Source: the human T2T-CHM13v2.0 reference genome, Homo sapiens
Assembly (NCBI RefSeq): GCF_009914755.1
Contig: NC_060926.1
DNA length: 64,000 nt
Strand: one strand, 5' to 3'
Positions 1 through 21,621 of this stretch are shown here, piece by piece. Position numbers and translations under genes: made by a program. The notes below the pieces were generated by a model, which saw nothing but the letters and a program-made list of their open reading frames with translations, was not told where the DNA came from and did not search any database. Within the stretch, counting starts at the first letter, position 1. Every line of letters begins with the position of its first letter.

Positions 1-157
1 ACAGGGTCTGGAGTGGTCCTCCAGCAAACTCCAACAGACCTGCAGCTGAGAGTCCTGACTGTTAGAAGGAAAACTAACAAACAGAAAGGACGTGCACACC
101 AAAACCCCATCTGTACGTCACCATCATCAAAGAGCAAAGGTAGATAAAACCACAAAG

Positions 158-1169
158 ATGGGGAAAAAACAGAGCAGAAAAACTGAAAATTCTAAAAATC
201 AGAGTGCCTCTCCTCCTCCAAAGGAATGCAGCTCCTCACCAGCAATGGAACAAAGCTGGACGGAGAATGACTTTGACGAGTTGAGAGAAGAAGGCTTCAG
301 ATGATCAGATTTCTCTGAGCTAAAGGAGGAAGTTTGAACCCATCGCAAAGAAGTTAAAAACCTTGAAAAAAGATTAGACGAATGGCTAACTAGAATAACC
401 AATGCAGAGAAGTCCTTAAAGGACCTGATGGAGCTTAAAACCATGGCACGAGAACTACGTGACGAATGCATAAGCTTCAGTAGCCGATTTGATCAACTGG
501 AAGAAAGGGTATCAGTGATTGAAGATCAAATGAATGAAATGAAGCAAGAAGAGAAGTTTAGAGAAAAAAGAATAAAAAGAACAAAGCCTCCAAGAAATAT
601 GGGACTATGTGAAAAGACCAAATCTACATCTGATTGGTGTACCTGAAAGTGACGGGGAGAATGGAACCAAGTTGGAAAACACTCTGCAGGATATTATCCA
701 GGAGAACTTCCCCAACCTAGCAAGGCAGGCCAACATTCAAATTCAGTAAATACAGAGAACGCCACAAAGATACTCCTTGAGAAGAGCAACTCCAAGACAC
801 ATAATTGTCAGATTCACCAAAGTTGAAATGAAGGAAAAAATGTTAAAGGCAGCCAGAGAGAAAGGTTGGGTTACCCACAAAGGGAAGCCCATCAGACTAA
901 CAGTTGATCTCTCGGCAGAAACTCTACAAGCCAGAAGAGAGTGGGGGCCAATATTCAACATTCTTAAAGAAAAGAATTTTCAACCCAGAATTTCATATCC
1001 AGCCAAACTAAGCTTCATAAGTGAAGGAGAAATAAAATCCTTTACAGACAAGCAAATGCTGAGAGATTTTGTCACCACCAGGCCTGCCCTACAAGGGCTC
1101 CTGAAGGAAGCACTAAACATGGAAAGGAACAACCAGTATCAGCCACTGCAAAAACATGCCAAATTGTAA
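158..1169 (+). pseudogene. L1 ORF1p, disrupted
   Basis: MGKKQSRK...QPLQKHAKL*; premature TGA at 302-304, further stops and a frameshift near 580. Confidence 0.95.
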
Positions 1170-1232
1170 AGACCATCAATGCTAGGAAGAAACTGCATCA
1201 ACTAACGAGCAAAATAACCAGCTAACATCATA

Positions 1233-5051
<3,819 letters not shown>

Positions 5052-5473
5052 ACAATGAGAACACTTGGACACAGGAAGGGGAACATCACACACCAGGGCC
5101 TGTTGTGGGGTGGGGGGAGGGGGGAGGGATAGCATTAGGAGATATACCTAATGTAAATGATGAGTTAATGGGTGCAGCACACCAACATGGCACATGTATA
5201 CATATGTAACAAACCTGCACGTTGTGCACATGTACCCTAGAACTTAAAGTGTAATAAAAAAATATATTTAAAAAAAGAATCATCCTTACATTTGATATTT
5301 GAATGGAAAAATGAACTGTATGTAATATTTTTGGGTCAACTGGGGGAATTTTGAACATAGTCTCAGTAGTAGATGAGATAAAATGTACTGAAAGAGAAAG
5401 TTACTAAAAAAACAAAACCAGATTAAGGAATGGTATGTACAATAAAATTTTATATTGATGTAAAACTAGAAAG

Positions 5474-5475
<2 letters not shown>

Positions 5476-5516
<41 letters not shown>

Positions 5517-5530
5517 TGTGTATGTGTATA
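5476..5530. repeat. (TG)n microsatellite
   Basis: Long TG run with two TA interruptions. Confidence 0.95.
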
Positions 5531-5963
5531 AAGACCTGGAAAGGTAAACATTAAGGTAATGAGCATTGGTGGACACTGATGGTAATTAAATTGATTTAAT
5601 TAAATTCAAAAATTTCCTATAGTGCACATGTGCTGCTTCTGTAACTATACTTTTTAAAAGTACAAACAAGATAATAAAAAGTTAACCAATTTAAAAAAAA
5701 AGAATCATCTTTTATACAACCATAATTTTGGCATATATAATTTGAGTATTTTTCTATAATTATGTGTGTATATGTTGCTTTAAGATATATTTTTATGTAT
5801 CTGCATATAAATATATATAAAATATTATATATGCAATAAGCAATATGTGTATTTTAAAAGCAGAACTGGGATCATACAAACACGTCAAGTGGGAAGGAAA
5901 ACAGGTTACTGTCTTATGAAGACTTTTCCATGTTGTTAAATATTCTCTTAAAACATAATATTT

Positions 5964-6265
5964 AGCCAGGTGTGCTGGCTCACTCCTGTAATCCCAACAT
6001 TTTGGGAGGCCAAGGCAGGAGGATCACTTGAGCCCAGGAGATTGATACCAGCCTGGACAACATGGCAAAACCCTGTCTCTACAAAAAATACAAAAAAATT
6101 AGCTGGGCGTGGTAGTGTGTACCTGTAGTCCCAGCTACTTGGGTAGGAGGCTGAGGTGGGAAGATCACCTGAGTCTGGGAGTTTGGGGCTGAGGTGAGCT
6201 GTGATTGTGCCACTGCATTCCAGTGTGACAGACAGAGACCTTGTCTCAAAAAAAAAAAAAACAAA
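5964..6265 (+). mobile_element. Alu (J-like)
   Basis: Dimeric Alu with A-tail; flanking CATAATATTTA duplication. Confidence 0.9.
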
Positions 6266-7120
6266 CCATAATATTTAAAGACTGCATAGTGTTTTCTCAC
6301 ACGGCTATAATTTTGCTAATCGTTTTGTTGGGCCTTTAAGTTACTTTCAATTGCTCACTATTCTGAGTAATACTGTACTGAAAAAGTAGCTTACATAGAA
6401 ATTTGTGCACATGCAATTTTATAATGAGAATTAGTTTTAAGGAGTAAGTTGCTGGATGGTAGGGTTTTGGCATATTTAAAGGGGGTTGGTACGTTTTGCT
6501 GCATCATCCCCAAAAGGGCTAGCCCAGTGTACCATCCCACCAGTCAAGTATAATAAAAGTGTTTGTTTCTTCATACTCTCATCAACTCTAGGTGCTAAAT
6601 GTTAGAGCAAGATTCCTGAAAGTGCTTCTCAGCAGTTTTCCATCTGTTTGTTTTGCCCTCTTTCTTTCTTATTAGGGAGTATGGCATGAGTGAGTGTAGG
6701 TGGGAGGGGTAGGCTCTCTCTGAAGGACACGAGTAAAACTGAAGATGGGGGCCAACTGGGGTGCAGTCTGATGGAGGCACACATGCTGCGAGTGAGGTCA
6801 TCACATGTAAGCCTGCCCTGCCCCTTTGGCTACTAGAAACTGCATTGGGTTGGAGGGCCTAGCCTGCTCCTGGGGACCGTTAGACGTCCATGAATGGATT
6901 TCATGAAGTCTGAGCTCACTAGCCACAGGTGAAAAGTTGTGTATGTTTCCAGAGCGTGATACAAAATAGGAGGGTAGGTGGCTGCCACTGCCAAGACACA
7001 TGTAGGATATGAAAGGGATTTACAGTCTAATCAGTGACCCCACAGCTTCCTGGGTTCCTCAGCATCTTTCTTTTTTCCCGTAAAGTCCTGGAGGAAAGAT
7101 ACCATTCAAAGCTAAGAAGC

Positions 7121-7464
<344 letters not shown>

Positions 7465-7676
7465 TTATTAGTTTTAGGTACAGTCTGGCTGTGGTTGCTT
7501 TCCTGAGTTATCAAGATCTCAAGAATGACAGGTTCAAGGCTATAGATGTTATTGCTGTTGAATCACGTCTTTGTTCCCTGGGGAAGCTGTCCTGTCAGTC
7601 ACAGATCTTACAGAGGCCAGGCACAAGAAGGGGGGTGCACCTGTACTATGCTTGCTGGTGAAAGGAGATGGCCACC

Positions 7677-7945
7677 TGTCTTGGTCCTTTTGTGCTGTAA
7701 CAAAATACTTTAGACTGAGCCATCTATAAACAGAAATGTATTGCTCATGGTTTTAGGGGCTGGGAAGTTCAAGATCAAGTGGCCAGCAGATTCAGTGTCT
7801 AGTGAGGGCCCAGTTTCTGTTTCAAAGAGGGCGGAAGGAACAAAGAGGCTCTCTGTCCTTATGATCTAAGCATCTCCCAGATGCCCCACTTCCCACCACC
7901 ACTGCACTGGAAATTAAGTTTCAGATTATGAATTTTGGGGGGACA
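7677..7945 (-). mobile_element. MaLR LTR (MLT1A-like)
   Basis: GGCTGGGAAGTTCAAGATCAAG...CAGATTCAGTGTCTAGTGAGGGCC...TGAATTTTGGGGGGACAC typical of MLT1A. Confidence 0.75.
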
Positions 7946-8162
7946 CTCTTACCAATGATGGTAAGAGTATGATCTCTGGGAGGCCAGAGCGATAGTAAAT
8001 GTTATCTCACATTATTATGAAATGATTTGAGCATCTCCTGTGTTAGCATTCTTTATTAGGAGTCACTTAAATGTAAACCATAAAGAAAACACCGTTTCTT
8101 CTTCTGGGAAGTTAATTACCTTATGTGGGAGGTATACCAAGAACACCTGAATAATGGTTTTA

Positions 8163-8509
<347 letters not shown>

Positions 8510-9014
8510 TCAGGGTCCATTGGAATTGATTCAGTAAATCTTGGACAGAGGTAAGCTCTGTAAGTCAGGTATAGTCACAGCTTGGCAGAAGAAAAGAGGG
8601 AAGCAAAAAGCAAGTTGGGGAAATGTCACATGTAAGTTGTCACCAGGCTGTAGTAAATAGGTATGCTTAGCCAAGGCCACATTTCAGTGGTTCACATGGG
8701 TCTGGTGTGTATGGTGAAGCCCTACCTGAAATGCGTCTCCAAAGAGCTTTTGTGTTCCTTGCCTCTTGGATTCTTGCAATGGTTCTTGGACAATGGCAGA
8801 GTAGCTCTAATGCCGTCTCTGAGGACAAAACCCGACCCAGGCAGTTCTTCTGACTTGGCCAAAGTGAAAGGGGAATCATTGTCAGCACCAGGGTCTCCTG
8901 ACTCTGGTGACGGGTGGTTGAGATTTGTAAAGCGCATAGGAGCAATAATTAGATCCACTCATCCCAGAGTTCTCAGACTGGGGCACTTAACATTCTTAAC
9001 TTATCTTTCAACAG

Positions 9015-9085
9015 AAACAGCAGCAGAAAGATGCCCTCATTCTCTTCTTCAACAGAACAGCTGAAGCTAAAATCCCATCTGTCAT
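9015..9085 (+). CDS. SMARCAL1: SMARCAL1 exon 13 (71 bp): KQQQKDALILFFNRTAEAKIPSV(I)
   Basis: tttcaacag acceptor, GTAAGT donor; frame joins the next exon (AT|T); peptide recognised as SMARCAL1. Confidence 0.95.
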
Positions 9086-9287
9086 GTAAGTGGTCACTAA
9101 GTGTCGACCTCTCTCTCTCTCATCTTCAAAAAAAAAAAAAACAACTTATTACTTTATTCTGCCTGAATGATTTTACTGCGTCTAAGAAATGACCAGAGAT
9201 TATTAAATGTGCCTTTTGTTGAGGAAGGAAAAAATAAAACAGATGATCAGAGAGTAGAATTATAGCTGCCTTGAAAATAAAGTTTAG

Positions 9288-9590
9288 GGGCCAGGCTCAA
9301 TGCCTGTAATCCCAGCACTTTGGGAGGCCAAGGTGGGAGGATTGCTTGAGTCCAGGAGTTTGAGACCAGCCTGGACAACATAGTGAGACCCCATTTATAC
9401 AAAAAATGAACAGAATTAGCTGGGCATGGTGGCATGCACCTGTGGTCCCAACTACTCAGGAGGCTGAGGAGGGAGGATTGCTTGGGAGGGAGGACGGTCG
9501 AGGCTGCAGTGAGCTAAGGTGGTGCCACTGCACTCCAGCCTAAGCAAGAGACTAAAACCCTGTCTCAAGGGAAAAATGAAAAAAGTAAAA
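9288..9590 (+). mobile_element. Alu (J-like)
   Basis: Dimeric Alu; TSD AAAGTTTAGGG. Confidence 0.88.
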
Positions 9591-11606
9591 GTTTAGGGCA
9601 CCCTGCTGTTAATTACACACAAGGCATAAGTTGGCCGGTAACTGGAGCGACTACTAGGATGTACCTGGGTCTCTAAGAGATCCTGTCTTGAGCCAAGTAG
9701 GCTGGAGCTGCTGCTCGTTAAAAGGAGGGTGGGGTTGTCCCCAGCACCAAAGGGGAGAGTTTTTCTAGGAGGACTGTGATCATTTGCCTTTAGGGAAAAA
9801 AAAATTAGAAGGAAAAGCTGCCTTATGGGGATACTTGGGTCTTCCCCAAGGTCAGGAATTGTCATCCATTACTTACCTAAATAAAAAGACAAATGTCAAA
9901 GTTTGTTCAAAAGATATGGGCATATGGCCGTTGTCACGCCTAGTTCTATTTCCACCTTATAAATTAAAGCTAAAGTAATAATTTCTATTCTTACAATTAT
10001 TCATGACAAAATCTCAATTGTATGCCTTTCTTAAAGAAAAACCCACTCCTATTTAAATATCACTGGGGTAGAAACCTGGCAATTCTAATGATGTGCAGTT
10101 TGCCTGATTTTTTTTTTTGTTTAACATTCATGTGATGCTCTGGCAGGATAATGGTCCAACTGATGAAATTACAATGAGAATGGATTCCGTAGGGCTGAGT
10201 GGTGCCAGACTGGCTGTGGGGACTGAGATCTGGGGATAAATTAAGAAATATATCTGCCCCATCCTCGTACTTGGCCCACCTACCTCTCCACACCCTCCAC
10301 TGTGGCAAGAGAGCTCCCCACACCACTCGATCTGCAATGCCCCCTGGAAAGACTGCCCAGTGCTGGCCTCCTCCCCTTCACCTCCTGGGCACTGCCCTTT
10401 TCATTTATGACCCTGCTAATGAACTCCAGATGTGGTTTTTATGGCCTGGAAACTTTTCTCCCAGAAACACATCTGAGTTGCCCCCGCTGACCCATTTCTC
10501 ATGTGCTGTGGAATAACAGATGGCAAGGGTGTGCGTTTCTCCCTTGCTCCCTCAGCTCAGGACCTGCAAAATTCAGAGTCCACCAGGTGCCTCTCCCTTC
10601 AGATGCTGTGCCCAGAGCCACCCATTTCCCTTAGAAATTTTAAGTCTTTCTACCACCTCATAAATAAACTTTGGTCATACCTTATACATACTTTCTCAAA
10701 TTTCTATTATACAATAAATTGTATAGTGCTTTGTAGTTTCCAAACATTTTTTACACCTGTGAACTCATTTCACATTTACAGCATCTTTGTGAGATCATGT
10801 AAGTCACACTGGCTCCATTTTTAAAAATGCAAACACTGAGTAAATCTATGACTCTCTGGACCTCAGAGTCACACAGCTAGTAAGTGGAAATTAGATTGTA
10901 TGTCTTCAAAACCCCAATTTCCTCAGCTAGTTGTTTTTCTTTTCTTTTTTTGCTGTTGTTTGTTTTTTCATTTTAATGGGCATCTTTTAATATAAAAGCC
11001 AAGGTTATTGTGGTAGGCAGATATTTCCAGCCTAGGAACTTGTAGAAGGTTATAGAACAACAAAGCTGTGTATGAGATATAGAGGGGAAAGACGCATTAG
11101 GAAAATTGGGGCCTGTGGTTTTTATGAGCTCACCAAGTGGATTTTGTGGCCTTGTGACTTTTTGATGCTGTAGCCGTAAACTTTTTTGCTTATATCATGG
11201 CAAATTTTATGTCTCTCAAAATAATTAAAGTAAATTCTATTAGTATCAACAATTCACAAATTGAACTCAAATCTGGTGCCCTGGTCAGTCATAGTGTTGT
11301 TTGAAATGACTCTTGGATGTTTACAGGGCAGTCCACGTACCTTTCCCTCACCTGAGACATATCCTTCTTTAAGGAAGGCAGAGTCTGTTCCCTGTCCAGA
11401 CGCACCCATGGCTGGCAATGGCCTCAGCAAAGGAGCTCACTTGCCTGTACTGGGCTTACCTCTTCTTTGGGATTGTGATCCCTCTTCAGGGAGCTACCAG
11501 GGGAGGGGGCACCTAGCCAGGGTCTGTTAACCTGGTGACTTCCCACCCCACTGCTCCCTGAGGGTAGCCACCTTAAGGCCAAGCGAAAGATAAGAGGTGG
11601 GAAGCT

Positions 11607-11910
11607 TGCCGGGTGCGGTGGCTCACGCCTGTAATCTCAGCACTTTGGGAGGCCAAGGTGGGCAAATCACTTGAGGTCAGGAGTTTGAGACCAGCCTGGC
11701 CAACATGGTGAAACCCCATCCCTACTAAAAATACAAAAATTAGCTGGGTGTGGTGGTACACACCTGTAATCCCAGCTACTCAGGAGGCTGAGGCAAGAGA
11801 ATTGCTTGAACCCAGGAGGTGGAGGTTGCAGTGAGCTGAGATTTCAGCACTGCACTCCAGCCTGGGCGACAGAGCGAAACTCAGTCTCAAAAAAAAAAAA
11901 AAAAAAAAAA
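11607..11910 (+). mobile_element. Alu (S)
   Basis: Dimeric Alu, long A-tail; TSD GGTGGGAAGCT. Confidence 0.92.
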
Positions 11911-12311
11911 GGGTGGGAAGCTAAGAAAAAACACAGTGGCTGGAAGAGAGATGTAAATTAAGGGAGGCCAAACAAATGAGAACCTTCTCTCCATAGTCCT
12001 CTGCCTTGGAAGAGAATTAACTGACTTAACTACTGGCCCTGTCATTTGAGGTCTAAAGTGGGAGGAGCTGGAGATCCTTCTTGGAATGTCTCTTTAGTAT
12101 TATGTATGTCTCAATATTTAGCTTCTAGAAATTTGTGTACTGTCATTAATTCCTTAGTCCCCTCCCTAAATGCTTTCAGATCTACAGAGGACACTCTAAT
12201 TTGTATTTAAAACACATTATAATGATAGTCGGAGGTAAAGTGAAAACTGTTGATCATCTTCTATGATCCCAGATAATAAGAATGTTTCAGTAACATACCA
12301 GAGACACATAA

Positions 12312-12476
<165 letters not shown>

Positions 12477-13127
12477 TGAAATTCACCATGGGCTACTTTT
12501 GCCATGTCCCAAGTTGTTCTAAGCAGGCTTAGGTCAGATCCAAGCAAAGTGAGACCGATGGCTTCCGGAAGCATTGCTGAAGACTTTCTGAAGAAGAGTT
12601 CTTGCTTGTAGAACCACAGTGGGGTCAAAATGTTTCCCCAGCCATGTCATTTTAACTTCCTCCATGCTCCAAATAGATATCCCAGGAGTCTTGCTTTAGG
12701 AACATCTCCCAGGGGCTGTTCCATTATTCTGCATAAATAATTACAAAGTTGGCAAGAGAGGAGATAGCAAAATTGTCCTTTTGTATGGAGACAAGTATTT
12801 ATGTGAATGTTTTCCTCTTTTCCTTCCTTTCATTCCTCCTCAGCACTGTCAAAGCACTTTTATTAATTGCACATGGCAGTGTGCAGACATTAGTAGAGAG
12901 TTTTATGGCTCTCCTGAAATTGAACGAAAGGGATCTAGAAGGATTTCCAAGGATGTTTATGAAAACTGAACACATTTCATCCCCTTTTCATTTTTGGTTA
13001 AATTTAAGGCTGTAAATTGCTCTTTGTCTTCCCTCATCGTTTATATTTATATAACATTTGAATGTACTTTAAGAGTACAGAGAAATATACAGCAAATACC
13101 CATGTATCTCCCACCCAGATTTAATAA

Positions 13128-16800
<3,673 letters not shown>

Positions 16801-18542
16801 AGTCATCCATAGAAAAAAGCCTGATTAATATATACCAGTACATTAATGATGATTATCTCTAAGTAGTCATCATTATCTTTTTAGTTTTTCTGTATTTTTG
16901 CAATGAGTGTGTATTATTTTTATAATAAGAAAAATTACATTTTTAAAAATAAAGGAGAATTTAGAAAACAACAGAAAAGTAATAGAAGGAAATAAGCTAG
17001 GGAAACTATTAGCCACCTCTGTGACATACAAATAATGGTTTTTACATGTAAAGGTATTTCCTAACTCCCAGTAGGAAAAAAAAAAAAAGGGGGCAACCTG
17101 TATAAATAGATAGTTCATCAAAGAAATGACACCAGTAGCCAATTAAAAGATAACGAAAACACCCAATTTCACTAGTAATCAAGTTAGTGAAAAATAAAAT
17201 TTTTTTTTTACCCCATCAAGTCAGTAGAGGTTTTAAAAATGTGCGGTGCTCACTGTTGATGAAAGTGTACGAAGATGGACATGCTAATACATTAGTTATT
17301 GGAAAGCAATTTGGCAATAATATCAGGAGCCTTAAATTAAGTTTTTTCTTTTTGCTATCGTACTTTGGTTTGTAGTCCAATCTAAGAAAATCACCAAAAA
17401 TTGGCATCCTCTTAAAAACTTTCCATTTTAATAGCATTCTTGAGGTATAATTGACATGCAGTAAACTGCACATGATGTGTACAATTAATGAGAATCAAGA
17501 TAGGAAACATATCTGCCACCCGCTGCCCCCACCCCCAGAGTTTTCCTTTGTAATCACGCCCTCCTGCCCCTTCCCTCACCCTCCCATCCTCAAGCAACCT
17601 CTGGTCTACGGTCTGTCACTAAGGATTAGTTTGCGGATTTTTAGAATTTTATATAAATATGGAATATAATGGAATATAAATGTGGAGAAAAGGACATTCA
17701 GGATGTACTTTTTTTTTTTGAGATTTATCCATGTTGTTGTGTGTCTCGTTCCTTTTTAGTGTTCACTCCTTGGTTTTCCTTTTTTTTTTTTTTCTTTTTT
17801 GGTTATCTAGACCTGCAGATGTTCACTCCCTTTTAGTGCTAAATAACATCCCATTGTACATCATCTGTTCACTTGTTGATGGACATTTACCAACATATCC
17901 TTTTAGGAAAAATTTGAGACCCCTAAATCTGCAGAAATAGAAGGGTTAAATTATGCTGTTGCTGCATAATGACAAAGGGCCATTAAAAATGATATTTTAG
18001 AACACTTAACAATACAGTTTTACTTATAATGTGTTTTATTGGGGGAAAACAGGATATAAAACTTTTTATTTAAAAGATATATATACCATACACATCAAAA
18101 AAAGAGACAGGAAAAAGTAGATTGGTTAGATTACTAAATGTTTTTATTTTCCTTATCATGTTTATCACTAGCAAGAATAAATAAATGCCATTTAAAAGAA
18201 AATAACTAAACTAAACATGCAGTTACCATACAACACAACAATTGACTTTTGAGCATTTTTCTTTGGGAAATGAAAACTTAGGTTAACAGAAAAACTTGTA
18301 CACACATGTTCATAGCAGCTTTATTTGTAGTAGCCCCAAACTGGAATCAACTCAGATGTCCTTCAACAGATGGATGGTGAAACTATGGTATATCCATACT
18401 GTGGGCTATTTCTCAACAATAAAAAGAAGAAAATTATTGATACAGGTAACAACTTGGATGAATCTCCAGAGAGTGCTGAATGCAAAGGCCCATTCCAAAA
18501 GGTTATATGCTGTGCAATTTATATAACATTTGTATAGCATTC

Positions 18543-18852
18543 TTTTTTTTTTTTTTTTTTTTTTTTTTTTGAGACAGAGTCTCGCTCTGTCACCCAGGCA
18601 GGAGTGCAGTGGTGCCATCTTGGCTCACTGCAACCTCTGCCTCCCGGATTCAAGTGATTCTCCTGCCTTGGCCTCCTGAGTAGCTGGGATTACAGGCGCA
18701 CACCAGCACATCTGGCTAATTTTTGTATTTTTAGTAGAGGCGGGGTTCCGCCATGTTGGCCAGGCTGGTCTCAAACTCCTGACCTCAGGTGATCTACCTG
18801 CCTTGGCCTCCCAGAGTGTTGGGATTACAGGCATGAGCCACTGTGCCTGGCC
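18543..18852 (-). mobile_element. Alu (S)
   Basis: T-tail followed by reverse Alu. Confidence 0.93.
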
Positions 18853-18884
18853 TATAGTGCATTCTTGAAAAAAAAAAAAAAATT

Positions 18885-19190
18885 GGCCAGGTGCAGTGGC
18901 TCACGCCTGTAATCCCAGCACTTTGGGAGGCCGAGGCAGGCGGATCACCTGAGATCAGGAGTTTGAGACCAGCCTGGCCAACATAGTGGAACCACGCCTC
19001 TACTAAAAATACAGAAATTAGCCAGATGTGGTGGTGTGCGCCTGTAATCCCACCTAGTTGGGAGGCTGAGGCAGGAGAATCACTTGAACCCCAGGGGGCG
19101 GAGGTTGCCGTGAGCCAAGATCGTGCCACTGCACTCCAGCCTGAGTGACAAGAGTGAAACTTCATCTTAAAAAAGAAAAAGAAAAAAAAT
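18885..19190 (+). mobile_element. Alu (S)
   Basis: GGCCAGGTGCAGTGGCTCACGCC... with A-tail. Confidence 0.93.
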
Positions 19191-19581
19191 GTTTTTAGAA
19201 ATTCAGGTCAGATTAGTGGCTATCAGGAGCTAAGGACCGTGGAAAGAGGAGGGAGGTAAAAGGATCCTTGCAATGTTGGAGTTGTTGAGTATCTTAACAT
19301 TGGAGGTGAATATATGAAAACCTACACAGGTGATAAAATTGTGTAGAACACACACATACAGTAAAACAAGAAATCTGAAGATCAGTGGATTGTATAGAAG
19401 TCAGCATCCTGGCTGTGGTATTATACTATAGTTTTTATAGAATGTTACCACTGCAGGAAACTGGGCAAAGGCCTAAGAGGGATCTCTATTATTTCTTACA
19501 ATGGCACCTGAGTATAAGCAGTCATCTCAATACCAATGTCAATTTGAAAAGAAAAGCTCTGAAGGCAGGGGCCTCTGCTGA

Positions 19582-20204
<623 letters not shown>

Positions 20205-20726
20205 TAGATTTTCACAGCAACCTGTAGGATTATCGACTCCATTTTATCAACGGGAAGGTTGAAGTCTTCCAGGGCTAGAAGGAATCTTGACTTCATGTCT
20301 CATAGGAGGAAGTTAGGGCACCGAGAGCTCAAGGGGTGAGGCAGGACTGCACTGCCATAACTGAAGAGGGCACTTGGTGGCACCAGGTTGCAGCCCAGGC
20401 CTCACGTTCCAGCCTGTGCCCCCTTTAGTAGCCATCATTGTGAGCTGCTTTAACAATGGACCTCACACAGAGTGACAGCAGTGAGGGTTTCCTGGACACC
20501 ACCACTGGCCTCACCTGACCAACTGAGGACAGAGATAAGACATTTGTTTGAACTCTTAAATTTTTCTGGTAATCTCCAGAAAAGTTATATCCCCTTTAAT
20601 ATTTATATAATATTTAATAATATTGTGGTTTTTATTGGCTACACATAAGAGACTACATTAATAATGGGTAGACCTTGAGGGTGAAGCCATTTTATACAAG
20701 AAATAATGCTCATGATGTTAGGTGGT

Positions 20727-21024
20727 TTTTTTTTTCTTTTGCTTTTTTGAGACAGGGTCTTGCTCTGTCACCCAGGCTGGACTGCAGGGACTTACTGGCT
20801 CACTGCAGCCTTGATTTCCCGAGCTCAGGTGATCCTCCCACCTCAGCCTCCTGAGTAGCAGGGGACTACAGGTGCACGCCTCCATGCCTAATTTTTGTAT
20901 TTTTTGTAGAGATGGGGTTTCACCATGTTGCTCAAGCTGTTCTGGAACTCCTGGGCTCAAGCAATCTGCCTGCCTCGGCCTCCCAAAGTGCTGGGATTAC
21001 AGGCGTGAGCCACCACATCCAGCC
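20727..21024 (-). mobile_element. Alu (J-like); a partial Alu also lies at about 20031-20190(-)
   Basis: Reverse Alu text. Confidence 0.88.
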
Positions 21025-21520
21025 CTTAAGTATTTATTATAAGGCTTACCACTATATTAAACCACCACCCTATGCCCAAATCATGGATAGCCTCTCCCTT
21101 GTGTGTGATGTTTTTATTTATTTAGAAGATAACTTTTTATTTCATACAGTGAAGAAATGGAAGTGTGCAGGCCTCCATCACCAGCCCCTCCCCATGCAGC
21201 CTGATGGCAGAGCCTGTGCCTCTTCATTTGCAGCACCTAGCTCAGTGCCCAGCACTGAACAGCCACCTGCAGATCTTCTGCTTCAGATTCCAGTTCCCCA
21301 GCCAGGGCTGTTTTGGGTTCTCTCTTTTGTTAAAGTGGCAGGTCATTTGTAGGTCTGAGATGGTAAAGTGCAGGTTATTTCTAGGTCTGAGACAGTGAAG
21401 TGCTTTGAGGAGGGAGGGTTGTGGTGGGACTGGAAATGGGGTGGAGAGGAACCATACCTGCTATGGTGGATGGAACTGCTTCAGGCCTTTACCTGCCTGT
21501 CTCAATTCCTGGACACACAG

Positions 21521-21621
21521 GTGCTGATCCAGGCTGAGGACCGCGTGCACCGCATTGGACAGACCAGCTCCGTGGGCATTCACTACCTCGTGGCAAAGGG
21601 CACAGCTGATGACTACCTTTG
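21521..21621 (+). CDS. SMARCAL1: SMARCAL1 exon 16 (101 bp): [33 protein letters not shown](W) (motif VI)
   Basis: cacag acceptor, TG|GTATGG donor; [11 protein letters not shown] arginine-finger motif. Confidence 0.98.

Larger units (their letters stand above)
18200..19540 (+). mobile_element. Old L1MC-like 3' fragment interrupted by two Alus
   Basis: ATGTTCATAGCAGCTTTATTTGTAGTAGCCCCAAACTGGAA...ACTTGGATGAATCTCCAGAG...GGATCTCTATTATTTCTTACAA. Confidence 0.75.

Noticed and set aside
8663-9064. 133-aa ORF overlapping SMARCAL1 exon 13
   Set aside because: Different frame from the exon, no recognisable motif; consistent with a chance intronic ORF.
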